DNA of 41,407 nt from Oscillatoria nigro-viridis PCC 7112 (GCA_964658795.1 CAZZZW010000001.1:1-41407), one strand, 5' to 3'; shown: positions 18,595-27,994, counted from the first letter of the stretch. Numbers and translations: made by a program. Notes: generated from the sequence alone by a model not told the origin.

Positions 18595-18633
18595 GCTCAA
18601 AACGTGACGTTGCCAGGATACGGGGCCGCCCGG

Positions 18634-19758
18634 TCACCACCGGAGGAGGACTCGATCCGGTTTGCGGAACACCAGTCCGTACGGCCGGCTCGACGCCTCC
18701 ACATCCAGGGCCGCCGTAGGGTGCCCGGCGGCCAGCTGCAGCAACACCTCGCGAGTCTGTAACCGGGTCAGATGCGCACCCAGGCAGTAGTGCGGCCCGG
18801 CGGCCAGGGCCAGGTTTCGATGGGCGTTCGGCCTGCGAATATCGAAGGAATCCGGATCGGTAAATACCGCCGGGTCGCGGTTGGCCGCCGCCAGGGACAC
18901 GATCACCAGATCACCGGCTGCGATCTGCGTGCCACCGAGCGACACGTCGCGCACCGCGTACCGATCGACCCTGGTCGCGGCCGGTTCCAGGCGCAACGAC
19001 TCCTCGACTGCCCCGTCCACCAGCGCTGGATCAGCCACCAGGTCCGCGAACTGGGCCGGCGAACCGAGCAGGTGCCACACGGCCAGCGCGATCATGCCCT
19101 CGGTCGTCTCCAGACCGCCGAACAAGAGAATGCCGGCGTTTGCCACGGCTTCATCAAGAGAAAGCCCACCGGCACCGATCACGGCGCGCTGATCCTCCAG
19201 GGCGGTCCGGAGCGCGGCCGCCAGTTGAGCGTGGGCCTGCACGGCATCGGTGCCGGCCGGTTCACCGACACTGAGCCGGTTGACGCCGGCCACCACATGC
19301 CCGTACCAATTGAGCAAAACGGCGGGATTCTGGCCGGCCAGGCCGAGCAACCGGGCCATCACCGACACCGCCAGCGGACCACCGACCCCGGTTCGGATCT
19401 CGCAATCGGGTCCGCCCGCGAGCAGTCGGGCCACCTCGGCCCGCACGAAGGAAGTGAACTGCCGGCGGATGTCACCCGGCCGGAACTCCCCGGCAAACGC
19501 GGCCCGAAACCGATCGTGCTCGCTGCCGTCGGTGGACAGCATCGACGGTCCGAACAACTGCCCGGTGGAGAACCGCGGATCGTCGACGGTGAAGGTGGCC
19601 GCGTCCCTCAGGACCGCCGACGCCAACGGATAGGAGAGCACGACCCAGCCGCCCAACGCCGGCACCCAGGCCACCGGAGCCGCAGCTCGAAGCGTGTGCC
19701 AGATCGGGTGCGGGTCGGCGGCCAGTTGAGCGGCTGTCACCGAATCAGCTAGAGACAC
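18634..19758 (-). CDS. cytochrome P450
   Basis: I-helix GGLETT, EESLR (ExxR), AANRDP and heme motif AAGPHYCLG. Overlaps the upstream gene by 14 nt. Confidence 0.95.
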   Translation of the reverse strand: MSLADSVTAAQLAADPHPIWHTLRAAAPVAWVPALGGWVVLSYPLASAVLRDAATFTVDDPRFSTGQLFGPSMLSTDGSEHDRFRAAFAGEFRPGDIRRQFTSFVRAEVARLLAGGPDCEIRTGVGGPLAVSVMARLLGLAGQNPAVLLNWYGHVVAGVNRLSVGEPAGTDAVQAHAQLAAALRTALEDQRAVIGAGGLSLDEAVANAGILLFGGLETTEGMIALAVWHLLGSPAQFADLVADPALVDGAVEESLRLEPAATRVDRYAVRDVSLGGTQIAAGDLVIVSLAAANRDPAVFTDPDSFDIRRPNAHRNLALAAGPHYCLGAHLTRLQTREVLLQLAAGHPTAALDVEASSRPYGLVFRKPDRVLLRW

Positions 19759-20785
19759 CGTCCCAGGCTAACCGGGCCGACAGCTCGGCCGCGTGCACCG
19801 AGCGTGCCACCCACTCACTCGACCCGGCCTCGACACCGCAAGGCTGACCGTGCTTGAGCAACAACAGGTCGCGAATCACGCCTAGTTCCTCCGGCTGGTC
19901 CAGGTCGCCAGCGTCCACCGGCAGCCCACCCAGGGCCACCGCGGCCGTCAACGTGGTGTGGAAGCTGGTCCGGAAGAGGTAGATGTCGGCTCGGTCGGAC
20001 GACGGCATCCGTTGTGCGATCTCCGCCGACCAATGCGGCCCTCGGACTGCCGGACCGACCCGGCCGGCTGCCAACGCTCGGCGACCGTACCGCTCGATCG
20101 CCGTGTCGGCCGCGGTCAGATACCGAAGGCACATCAGCAACTCTGCGGCGAGGTCCAGTTGCCGGCGCAGCAACGCCCAGGCCAGCAGGTACCGGGTCGT
20201 CCCGATCAGGGCGGCGCCATCAGGTACAGACTGGGCGCCGAAGTCGCTGAGATAGAAGATGCAATGGGTGTAGGCATAAGCATCGTTCTCGGTCAGATTG
20301 TTCAGGGCCGGTAACCACGACGTGGACAGGGACCGCACCAACTCCGGTTCGGCCGCCGCACTCGGTGGAAACGCGCCGACGAGGCCGAAGGCCCACCGCG
20401 CCTCCAACCGGGCATTGGCCGGTCGGGACGGCAGATCGTGTTCACCGAAGCCCACGCACGCCAGCTCGGCGGTCAGGGACCGGGTCGGTTCGTGCTCGGC
20501 GATCGCCGCAATGGTGGCGAAGAACGGGAGGTATGCCGGCTGGGCCAAGATCTGAGCTCGGCTGTCGGCCCGGTCCATGACCCGCCAACCCAGCTCGCGC
20601 CAATAGCGCAGAAACTGCTGCGACTCGGCCGGCAGTTCGCGGCTGAGGGCTCGGCCGCACATGAGCAGTTCCGCCAGTGGACCAAAAGTGAAACTCCGTT
20701 CGGTCGGAGCCTGGCCGGACGCCGGGTCGAACCGTTCCAGGTGCCCGGTCAGCCAACCGACCATCGCGTCGACCGACGGGATCAT
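19745..20785 (-). CDS. MibV/PspV-position protein of unknown function
   Basis: Follows the ABC permease with an ATGA overlap, as the V genes do in mib/psp clusters. Conserved-looking motifs AYAYTHCIFYLSDFG, LDLAAELL and FHTTL. Confidence 0.75.
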   Translation of the reverse strand: MIPSVDAMVGWLTGHLERFDPASGQAPTERSFTFGPLAELLMCGRALSRELPAESQQFLRYWRELGWRVMDRADSRAQILAQPAYLPFFATIAAIAEHEPTRSLTAELACVGFGEHDLPSRPANARLEARWAFGLVGAFPPSAAAEPELVRSLSTSWLPALNNLTENDAYAYTHCIFYLSDFGAQSVPDGAALIGTTRYLLAWALLRRQLDLAAELLMCLRYLTAADTAIERYGRRALAAGRVGPAVRGPHWSAEIAQRMPSSDRADIYLFRTSFHTTLTAAVALGGLPVDAGDLDQPEELGVIRDLLLLKHGQPCGVEAGSSEWVARSVHAAELSARLAWDGVSS

Positions 20786-21567
20786 CGGCCGACCTTTCGA
20801 CCGATCAGACCGAACGCGATCAGGCCGGCACCGGCGAGCACCAGCAGGTCGATGGCCACCGGCGCGGCCGGATGGAACCGGGACGTCGACAGCAGGGTGC
20901 GGCGGATCAGATCGACGCCATACGTCATCGGGTTCAGGTGCACGGCGATGTCCAGCCATCGGGCCGAAGCGCTCGGGTCGAACACCGAGCCGGACAGGAA
21001 CAGCATCGGATACATCACCAGTTGGATCACCGACTGAAGCAGCTCGACCCGGCGAACGGTGACCGCCGCGGCCAGGCCGAGCAGGCAGAAGACGATCGAG
21101 GTCAGACCGAGTCCGAGCAACCCGAGCAGATACCTCGGCAGCGACAGCGGCACATGCAGCACCGGTCCGAACAACAGGAACACCGCACCCAGGGCCATCG
21201 TCTGTGCCGTCACCCCGGCGGTCTTACCGACGCACAGGGCCAATCTCGGTGCCGGTGCAACCATCATCTCGCGCATGAAACCGAACTCGCGATCCCAGGC
21301 AAACGTGATGCCGGCCGACACCCCGGCGTTCACCGCCATGATGGTGGCGATGCCGGGGAACACATAGGCCGAGAAAGACGACTGATTCCCGACCGTCCCG
21401 GCCAGCCCCACGGCGTAGACGAGCAGGAAGAACACCAGTTGCAGGGCTTGAGACACCAGCACCGACGGCTGGGCCTTGAGCCGCAGGAGTTCGCGCTCGG
21501 CCACGGTGCCGGCGACGTCGACGAAGGCCACGAGCGGATGTCGTCGATAGCTGAGGGTGGCGGTCAC
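20782..21567 (-). CDS. ABC-2 type permease (MibU/PspU-like exporter)
   Basis: YVFPG, DREFGFMREMMVAP, FLSG and NPMTYGVD. About 6 TM. Confidence 0.92.
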   Translation of the reverse strand: MTATLSYRRHPLVAFVDVAGTVAERELLRLKAQPSVLVSQALQLVFFLLVYAVGLAGTVGNQSSFSAYVFPGIATIMAVNAGVSAGITFAWDREFGFMREMMVAPAPRLALCVGKTAGVTAQTMALGAVFLLFGPVLHVPLSLPRYLLGLLGLGLTSIVFCLLGLAAAVTVRRVELLQSVIQLVMYPMLFLSGSVFDPSASARWLDIAVHLNPMTYGVDLIRRTLLSTSRFHPAAPVAIDLLVLAGAGLIAFGLIGRKVGR

Positions 21568-22478
21568 GAGGCAACTCCGCTTGGCAGCCCGGACAGGAAG
21601 ACATCATCCATGGACGGAGTTTGTACAGACAGCGAAAGCACATCCGCTGGGCAGGCCTGCACGACGCCGGCGATCGCGGTGGCCGGATCGATGGCCGGCA
21701 CGAAGAGTTCGCCGTCCAGCCGGATCGGGCCGAAGCCGGCCGCGGACAAGCCCGCCACGGCCAGGTCGTCGTCGGCCGTGCGTAACCGCAGGCCGGACCG
21801 GCCGAGGCGTTGCTTGAGCTGGGCCGGCGTTCCTTCAGAAAGCACCCGCCCGTCCCGCAGAATCACGACCGAGTCGGCGTTCTCGGCCTCGTCCATGTAG
21901 TGCGTGCTGTACAGCACCGTGATGCCGGTTCGATCGCGCAGCGCGTGTAGATCCCGCCACAGCAAACGGCGCGACTCCGGATCGAGCCCGACGGTCGGTT
22001 CGTCGAGGGCCAGCAGGCGCGGCTCGTGCAACACTGCGCGGGCCAGTTCGACCCGTCGGGCCAGACCGCCGGACAGCGACTCGACCGGCTCGTCGGCGCG
22101 TTCGGACAAGCCGAACACCGCCAGTAGTTCCTCGATCCGGCGACCGCTCGTACGGCGAGCCAGACCGTACATCCGGGCGTGCAGTTTCAGGTTGCGGCGC
22201 ACGGTTAGTTCGCGATCCAGCGACTGCTCCTGAAAGACCACGCCGAGATTTGCCCGGACCGCCACGGCATGCCGGCTGACGTCGGCGCCGAATACCGAGA
22301 CGGCACCCGAATCCGGCGTCCGCATCGTGCACAGGACGCTCATCAGGGTGGACTTGCCTGCCCCGTTGTGGCCGAGCAACGCGCAGATGCTGCCCTCATC
22401 GACCTCGAACCGGCAGCGATCCAGGGCGAGGTTCGGGCCGTACCTGACACAGACATCGTCAACACTGATCGCGATCAT
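21564..22478 (-). CDS. ABC transporter ATP-binding protein (MibT/PspT-like)
   Basis: GHNGAGKS, LSGG, LALDEPT and STH. Confidence 0.95.
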   Translation of the reverse strand: MIAISVDDVCVRYGPNLALDRCRFEVDEGSICALLGHNGAGKSTLMSVLCTMRTPDSGAVSVFGADVSRHAVAVRANLGVVFQEQSLDRELTVRRNLKLHARMYGLARRTSGRRIEELLAVFGLSERADEPVESLSGGLARRVELARAVLHEPRLLALDEPTVGLDPESRRLLWRDLHALRDRTGITVLYSTHYMDEAENADSVVILRDGRVLSEGTPAQLKQRLGRSGLRLRTADDDLAVAGLSAAGFGPIRLDGELFVPAIDPATAIAGVVQACPADVLSLSVQTPSMDDVFLSGLPSGVAS

Positions 22479-23050
22479 GCCGCCGCCCGGCGCCGAGCCG
22501 CAGCCACGCGGGCTATCGCCGCGGCCATGGCCGGTGGGTCCGCGAGACCCAAACCGTCGACCATCTGCCCGGATGCACACTCCCACAGCCGGCCCGGCAC
22601 CGGATCGAGCACGACATGCCCGTCGGCACGCAGTTGCCGTACATTGCGCTGCACACCTTTGTTTTGCCACATAAGGAGATTCATGGCCGGTGCGAACAGG
22701 ACCGGGCCGGCGTAGGCCAGCAGCACGGTGCCGAGCAGGTTCGGAGCCTGCGCCGCTGCCGCGTAGGCCAGGGTGTGTGCGCTGGCCGGCAACACCACCA
22801 ACACCTGATGCTCACGCGCGATGCTGACATGCGCGCCGGTGTCCTCCGGCAGGTACACCTGATCGAAGATTGCCCGGCCGGCGTCCTCGGTCAGGAATCG
22901 TCGCCCGGTGTGGGTGAGCAGCAAGCTGAGGTGACGAAAGCCCATTGCGCGCAAGGTGAAAACATGATTGGGCACCGCCAGCGCGGCGATCGATCCGGTG
23001 ACCGCCAGCAGGACCCGGTCCGGTGCCGGGTCCGGCAGGGTCGCCGTCAT
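22475..23050 (-). CDS. lanD: LanD flavoprotein decarboxylase (HFCD family, AviCys formation)
   Basis: LAVTGSIAA, candidate catalytic His in GAHVS, PASAHT and PAMNLLMW (PxMNxxMW). The precursor ends in Cys. Confidence 0.92.
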   Translation of the reverse strand: MTATLPDPAPDRVLLAVTGSIAALAVPNHVFTLRAMGFRHLSLLLTHTGRRFLTEDAGRAIFDQVYLPEDTGAHVSIAREHQVLVVLPASAHTLAYAAAAQAPNLLGTVLLAYAGPVLFAPAMNLLMWQNKGVQRNVRQLRADGHVVLDPVPGRLWECASGQMVDGLGLADPPAMAAAIARVAAARRRAAA

Positions 23051-24450
23051 GCCAGCATCATCGCCCGGGCCCAACTGGCCGGCCGGTCCACCCCGGTGCC
23101 GTCGAGGTAGCGGGCCAGGTCGAGCAGAGCGCAGCCCACCCCGGCCGAACCCTCCAGCAAGCCGGCCACATCGAGGGGCCGGAGCGTACTTGTCCGGCGC
23201 CAGCCGGCCACCGAGTCGGGTACCAGATGGCTTACCCCGAAAGGCATATCCGGGTCGCACAGCTCCAGCACGGTGCCGGACAGGTCGGTCGCGGCCTCGA
23301 TCAGCGCCAGATCCTCAGCGGTCGCGCCAACGCGCAGCATGATGGTCATAAGGCCCGCGTAGCCGTGGCAGAGCGTCGCTCCCTCCAGTCGCCAGCGGCC
23401 CCGGTCTCGACGCATGGTGCTGTGTAGCGCGTCCAGGGCGATGTCCCACCAAGCCGGTTCGGCCAAGGCGATACCCGCCTCGAACAGGGCCACGGCGACC
23501 CCGGGAGCCCCGTAACACCAGGCGCTCCGGGTGAACTCCATCGACGGCACCGTGGCGCCGGTCTGGTCGGACCAGCCGACCCGGGCCGGCCAGTAGGAAC
23601 CGGCCTCGTCGTGGCCCTGCCAGCGGATCAGCCAGGCGACGATGCGATGGATGGCCGCCTGGGCATCGAAACCGGCCTGCTGGGCGCGGGCTAGAAATGC
23701 CAGCGCTGCCGGGATGCCGTGCGCCAGGCCGAGGTTGAAGTCGCCGTGTGGGTACTCGTGGCGGTCGAGGTCGCTCGGCTGCAACTCCGACGGGATCCAC
23801 CAACCGGGCACCCGATGTCCGTCTACGGTGATCGGTTCGGTCAGCTCGGTGAGGAACCGCACCGTGCTGAGGACACAGTCCTCCAGCTTGCCGACTTCGA
23901 TACCGCCGGCGACGTCCGGCTCGGCCAAGGCGTCCAGCAGCAATTGGCCCGTGCCGGACAGCCCGTTCACGGTGTCGTAGGCGGACCAGCCGACCCCGGC
24001 GAACCCCTCGGACCGACGATCGCGCCAGAGCGTGATCCGGCCCAGTTGGTCGCCGGTCAGCCAGGTCAGCAGACGTTGCCGCAGCACCCGGTAGTCGCCA
24101 TCGGCCGAACAGGTCTGGGCCGCCGCCAGCACGGCGGCCGGTCCGGCGAACAGCCCGTTGGCCGGGCTACCGGCGAGGCTGGCCACCCCCAGGTTCAAGT
24201 GTGCGTGGGCGGCCGGCCGCCAGCGGGGATCCTCACGCGCGAGTTCGCCGAGGAAGGTGGCGATGCCCGGGTAGCCGTGTGACAACGTGCTGGGCATCCA
24301 CAACGCGGCACCGAAGACCGGATCGACGTTGCTCGGCTCGGCGGCGATTCGTCTGACCGTATCTGGTGAAACCAGGCGCTGTCCGAGCTGATCGGCCTGT
24401 CCTCGCAGCCGATCAGCCAGTGTGGCGGCGGGGACGGCAACGCTGCTCAT
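23047..24450 (-). CDS. lanC: LanC lanthionine cyclase
   Basis: GLAHG, AWCYG and LCHG zinc-ligand motifs, GLLEGSAGV. Confidence 0.96.
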   Translation of the reverse strand: MSSVAVPAATLADRLRGQADQLGQRLVSPDTVRRIAAEPSNVDPVFGAALWMPSTLSHGYPGIATFLGELAREDPRWRPAAHAHLNLGVASLAGSPANGLFAGPAAVLAAAQTCSADGDYRVLRQRLLTWLTGDQLGRITLWRDRRSEGFAGVGWSAYDTVNGLSGTGQLLLDALAEPDVAGGIEVGKLEDCVLSTVRFLTELTEPITVDGHRVPGWWIPSELQPSDLDRHEYPHGDFNLGLAHGIPAALAFLARAQQAGFDAQAAIHRIVAWLIRWQGHDEAGSYWPARVGWSDQTGATVPSMEFTRSAWCYGAPGVAVALFEAGIALAEPAWWDIALDALHSTMRRDRGRWRLEGATLCHGYAGLMTIMLRVGATAEDLALIEAATDLSGTVLELCDPDMPFGVSHLVPDSVAGWRRTSTLRPLDVAGLLEGSAGVGCALLDLARYLDGTGVDRPASWARAMMLA

Positions 24451-27400
24451 CGGCAAGCCCTTTCGTTGTCTTGCGCGGCACCGCGAGCCAAGCCCAGGGC
24501 CAGCGCCTCCAGGTCCGGATAACCGCCGAGCAGCCGGTTACAGGTCATGTGCAGCAGGCTGCCGACCAGCCGCCGAGCCGGCGTTGGACAGGCGTTGCCC
24601 AGTGATCGCAGGGCGTTCGCGTAGGTCACCGTTGCGGCGCGGCGCTCGTGCGCGGCGGCCAGCAGCTCGGGTCCACCGGGCCGAGACCGCAGCTCGGCCC
24701 AGTCGGTCAGGGGATTGAGCAATGCCCGCCATTCCGGCTGACGCTTGCGGTACTCGGCTGGCAGGTCTCTTCGCTCACCGGTGACCGAAAGCCACCAGCC
24801 GTCGCTGAGCCGGCTCGGTCGATCGACGGCAGCCGGATCCCGGATGGCACCGGGTGGACCGAAGTCGTGCACCAGGGTCAGCGCCGAGACCGCAGCCACG
24901 GTGGGCCGGTCGAAACAGCCGGACCCGATGATGTCCAATGCCGCCAAGGCGAAAACACTGTCGGCCTGGAAGAATCGAGTGGCCGCGGTGAAGGCTTCGA
25001 CCCCGCCGTACCGTTCGTACTCCGGGTCGTAGTCGCTCAGGCTGAGCCGGCCGACGAGGGCCTCGGCCCGCCACCGGCGTACGGCTGCGGTCAGCTGGGG
25101 AAGCACGGAGCCGCGTAGCGCCTCCGGACGACCGTGCAGCCGCAGTCGCAGGTGTTGCCCGTCGTCGTCTGAATATCGGATGAAGAACCAACCGTCGGTC
25201 TCGAGCTCGGTCAACAGCGGCCGGAGCTGGTGTCGCAAGAGGTCGTCCTGACCTCGCCGAGAGCCGTACAGGTTGACGTAGAGCCACTCCTCGGCGACCG
25301 AGATCAGCCGGGTGGGTCCGTTGGGCAGGCCCGCGGTCAGCTCGGCCGATCCGATCAGGGGACCGGTCACGGCCAGATCGGCTCGACGGACAAAGGGAAT
25401 GACCAGTTCCACCGGCCGGGCGACACCACCGTCGTCGAACCAGCCGTCGGCCTGGCTGGCGTCGGCCGGTTCCTGCACCATCAACCGCGCGTCGCGCTCG
25501 ATCTCTTGGGCGAACAGCTCGACCAGAGCCGGTCGACGTAGATCGAACAACAGCCGCTGATCGGCGCTCACGGCCAGGATCTGGTCGGGCACGGACCAGC
25601 GTCTCTGCCAGGCCCGCACCAAGGATTGTCGATCGGCGCCGGAGGCGGAGAGCTCCTCGCGCAGGCCGTCGAGTTTCCAGGTGGTCGGGCACAGGATCGT
25701 CCGGCCGTACCGTACGCGGGGCAGTACCGGGTGGACGGACAACTGGCCCCAGCTCCACGGCTCCCACAGCCGCCGGCCCTCCAGCCCGAGTTCGAAGAGG
25801 AACCGGGCCACGTTCGGCGCCTGGGTCACCGGGCTGGTCATGTTGGTCGACACCGGCTCGACCACCTGCCCGGTACGGCGGTTCACGAGGTAGAGCTCGT
25901 CCAGGGTGGCGCCGACGGCGAGGTCGGCCAGCGCGATCCGCTCGGACTGCCCGGAGTCGGGTAGGGCGACCGCGATCCGTCGGCCGGTGAACGACGGGAT
26001 GTTGAGGATGTTGGCCGCGCGGGGCCCGCGGGTGGCGTAGGTCAGGTCGACCGGCACGCCACCGGGGACCGCACTCGGTACCGCCGCCGCGAGCGCGCCG
26101 AAGTCCTCGGCCGGACCGGTGTAGGCGAAGCGGGACAGTGACGCCCCAGCCCGGTGCGAGCCTGGATTCTGCGATACCACAAGGCGAAAATCGCCCTCAT
26201 CGATCGCGGCCGGGCTTTCGGAGACCAGATGCAGGAACAGTTCGCAGGATGGCGGCAGCCGGTCGACCTGCGGTGTCACCTGCTCGAGGTCGGCGACGTC
26301 GGCATCGGACAGCACGATCTCGTCCGCCCCGGCGGCCACGGCATCGTGCACGAGCCGGGCCAGGACCACATCGCGGCGGATCTGGGCCTGGGTCGGGGCC
26401 ACCTGGTCCGGCTCGCCGGCTTCGCTGATCGGCCAGGCGTACCCACCGGGCGCACCCAGCCCTATCGTGTCGTCGATCGCCTCGGTCACGTCGACCAGCC
26501 GGCCGATGCCGTACCGCTCCAGAAAGCGTCGATGCCATTCTCGCAATGGCCGCATACCCAATCGTGGTTCGGACAGGCGCCAGAGCAGTGTCACCGCCCG
26601 CTCGGCCTCCTCGGCCACCGAGCGGTTCAACGCCACCGTCGCCGAGACGGTGGTGTCGACGTGCAGCGGGGTCGGCGTGGCTCCGAGCCTGGTCACGGCC
26701 GTCTTCAGCTGCCGCAGGATGGCCGCGCCGGTGCCCAGCGGAGTCCGGTCGTACTTGTGGATCAATCGGCTTATCTCATCGAGTGATTCCACCAGATCCG
26801 CAGTCGTGTTCAGCCCGGCCAGCCGGGTCCGGACGTGGTCGAGCGGATCGCTGCCGTCCATCGGTGGTCGCAGGTCGGTGATCAACAGGTCCTGCTGCAC
26901 CAGCGAGCGGATCAGCCCGAACACGGCGTCCGGACCGGCTGCCGGAAAGGCGGCGACGAGCTGTTCGCACAGGGTGCTGACCGGCTGCGCCGTGGTCGCG
27001 GCGGCCAGCGCGGCGAGCACCGGACGGGTGCTGCGGATCGATACCGCCGTCCGTCCATCGGAGCCGGCAACCTGGCCGTAGGTGGACGGGGTCTCGAGGA
27101 CGACACGGCCACCGCGCTGTCGGGCCGCCTCGTTGGTGGTGACGCTGAGCCGGGCGAGTACCGCCGGCTCGGTCTGCCATTGCTCGACCAGGGCCAACAA
27201 CCAGGCCAGGTCGACCCGGGTGTGGCTGGCCTTGGAGCCATCGAGATCGAGCTTGCTGGCCGCGTCGAACTGGCCGAAGCAGGTGCCGGCGAAGAGCCCG
27301 AACGGGGTCGGCCGGCTGGTGCTGCGAATCGCGTAACGCAATAGCGACTGGGCGCTGCGACGAGTCAGGCCGGCCGGGGCATCGGGGTCATCGAGCACGG

Positions 27401-27587
27401 TCTGCAGGGCGGTGGTCAGCTGCGTACTGGCCAGGGTGACGCCCTCGGTCAGCTCCGGATCGGCGACGAGTCCGGTGAGCACGCGCCGCCAGTCGATGTC
27501 ATCGGCGGCGGACTCGGGCAGTCGGTAGGGCCGGCCGAGGGGAACGCGCAGGTGAAACATCGGCCATGCGGTGAACAACGGTTCCAT
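24447..27587 (-). CDS. lanB: LanB lanthipeptide dehydratase (glutamylation plus elimination domains)
   Basis: RSTSRPTPFGLFAG, LPRVRYG, WLYVNLY, WFFIRY..HLRLR, YDPEYERYGG and SLLHMTCNRL. Confidence 0.97.
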   Translation of the reverse strand: MEPLFTAWPMFHLRVPLGRPYRLPESAADDIDWRRVLTGLVADPELTEGVTLASTQLTTALQTVLDDPDAPAGLTRRSAQSLLRYAIRSTSRPTPFGLFAGTCFGQFDAASKLDLDGSKASHTRVDLAWLLALVEQWQTEPAVLARLSVTTNEAARQRGGRVVLETPSTYGQVAGSDGRTAVSIRSTRPVLAALAAATTAQPVSTLCEQLVAAFPAAGPDAVFGLIRSLVQQDLLITDLRPPMDGSDPLDHVRTRLAGLNTTADLVESLDEISRLIHKYDRTPLGTGAAILRQLKTAVTRLGATPTPLHVDTTVSATVALNRSVAEEAERAVTLLWRLSEPRLGMRPLREWHRRFLERYGIGRLVDVTEAIDDTIGLGAPGGYAWPISEAGEPDQVAPTQAQIRRDVVLARLVHDAVAAGADEIVLSDADVADLEQVTPQVDRLPPSCELFLHLVSESPAAIDEGDFRLVVSQNPGSHRAGASLSRFAYTGPAEDFGALAAAVPSAVPGGVPVDLTYATRGPRAANILNIPSFTGRRIAVALPDSGQSERIALADLAVGATLDELYLVNRRTGQVVEPVSTNMTSPVTQAPNVARFLFELGLEGRRLWEPWSWGQLSVHPVLPRVRYGRTILCPTTWKLDGLREELSASGADRQSLVRAWQRRWSVPDQILAVSADQRLLFDLRRPALVELFAQEIERDARLMVQEPADASQADGWFDDGGVARPVELVIPFVRRADLAVTGPLIGSAELTAGLPNGPTRLISVAEEWLYVNLYGSRRGQDDLLRHQLRPLLTELETDGWFFIRYSDDDGQHLRLRLHGRPEALRGSVLPQLTAAVRRWRAEALVGRLSLSDYDPEYERYGGVEAFTAATRFFQADSVFALAALDIIGSGCFDRPTVAAVSALTLVHDFGPPGAIRDPAAVDRPSRLSDGWWLSVTGERRDLPAEYRKRQPEWRALLNPLTDWAELRSRPGGPELLAAAHERRAATVTYANALRSLGNACPTPARRLVGSLLHMTCNRLLGGYPDLEALALGLARGAAQDNERACR

Positions 27588-27616
27588 GCCTGCCCTCTTC
27601 TCTCGACGGCTGGTGC

Positions 27617-27658
27617 GCCCGGTCCGGCGCTTATGCACGACGCGGCGCCGGACCGGGC
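27617..27658 (-). terminator. stem-loop between lanA and lanB (partial terminator or mRNA stabiliser)
   Basis: Perfect 14-bp arms GCCCGGTCCGGCGC / GCGCCGGACCGGGC with a 14-nt loop, 8 nt after the lanA stop. Confidence 0.75.
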
Positions 27659-27666
27659 AGGGGACA

Positions 27667-27840
27667 TCAGCAGCAGAAGCTGCAGTTCGAGCCGCCGCCG
27701 GCCGAGGTGCAGCCGGGGGTGCAGAGCGAAACGCTGGTGATTGCCGGCGATGACATGAGCTCGGAGATCTCGACGTCGAGATCCAGGTCGAACTCGTCCG
27801 TCACGTCGAACGTGGTCGCTTCGGCGGTCACTGGTGCCAT
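27667..27840 (-). CDS. lanA: class I lanthipeptide precursor, microbisporicin/planosporicin family (33-aa leader + 24-aa core)
   Basis: MAPVTAEATTFDVTDEFDLDLDVEISELMSSPA-ITSVSLCTPGCTSAGGGSNCSFCC. FDLD leader motif, Pro at -2, GAGAGGA RBS. Confidence 0.97.
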   Translation of the reverse strand: MAPVTAEATTFDVTDEFDLDLDVEISELMSSPAITSVSLCTPGCTSAGGGSNCSFCC

Positions 27841-27994
27841 TTCTGACTTCCTCTCATTGCTGGTTTCAGCCCCTGTCGCTCCCGGGATGCGTGTGAAGGG
27901 CCTGCCCGGCGGACACCGGACCAACAGGACGAAACCCCTGGAACGTGTAGCGGGTCAAGAAACTGCCAGAACCTTGGCGCGATGGCATGAGGCC

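Noticed and set aside
27841-27924. 85-aa extended version of the precursor
   Set aside because: The RBS sits directly before the ATG at 27840, and the 57-aa form matches the family length.
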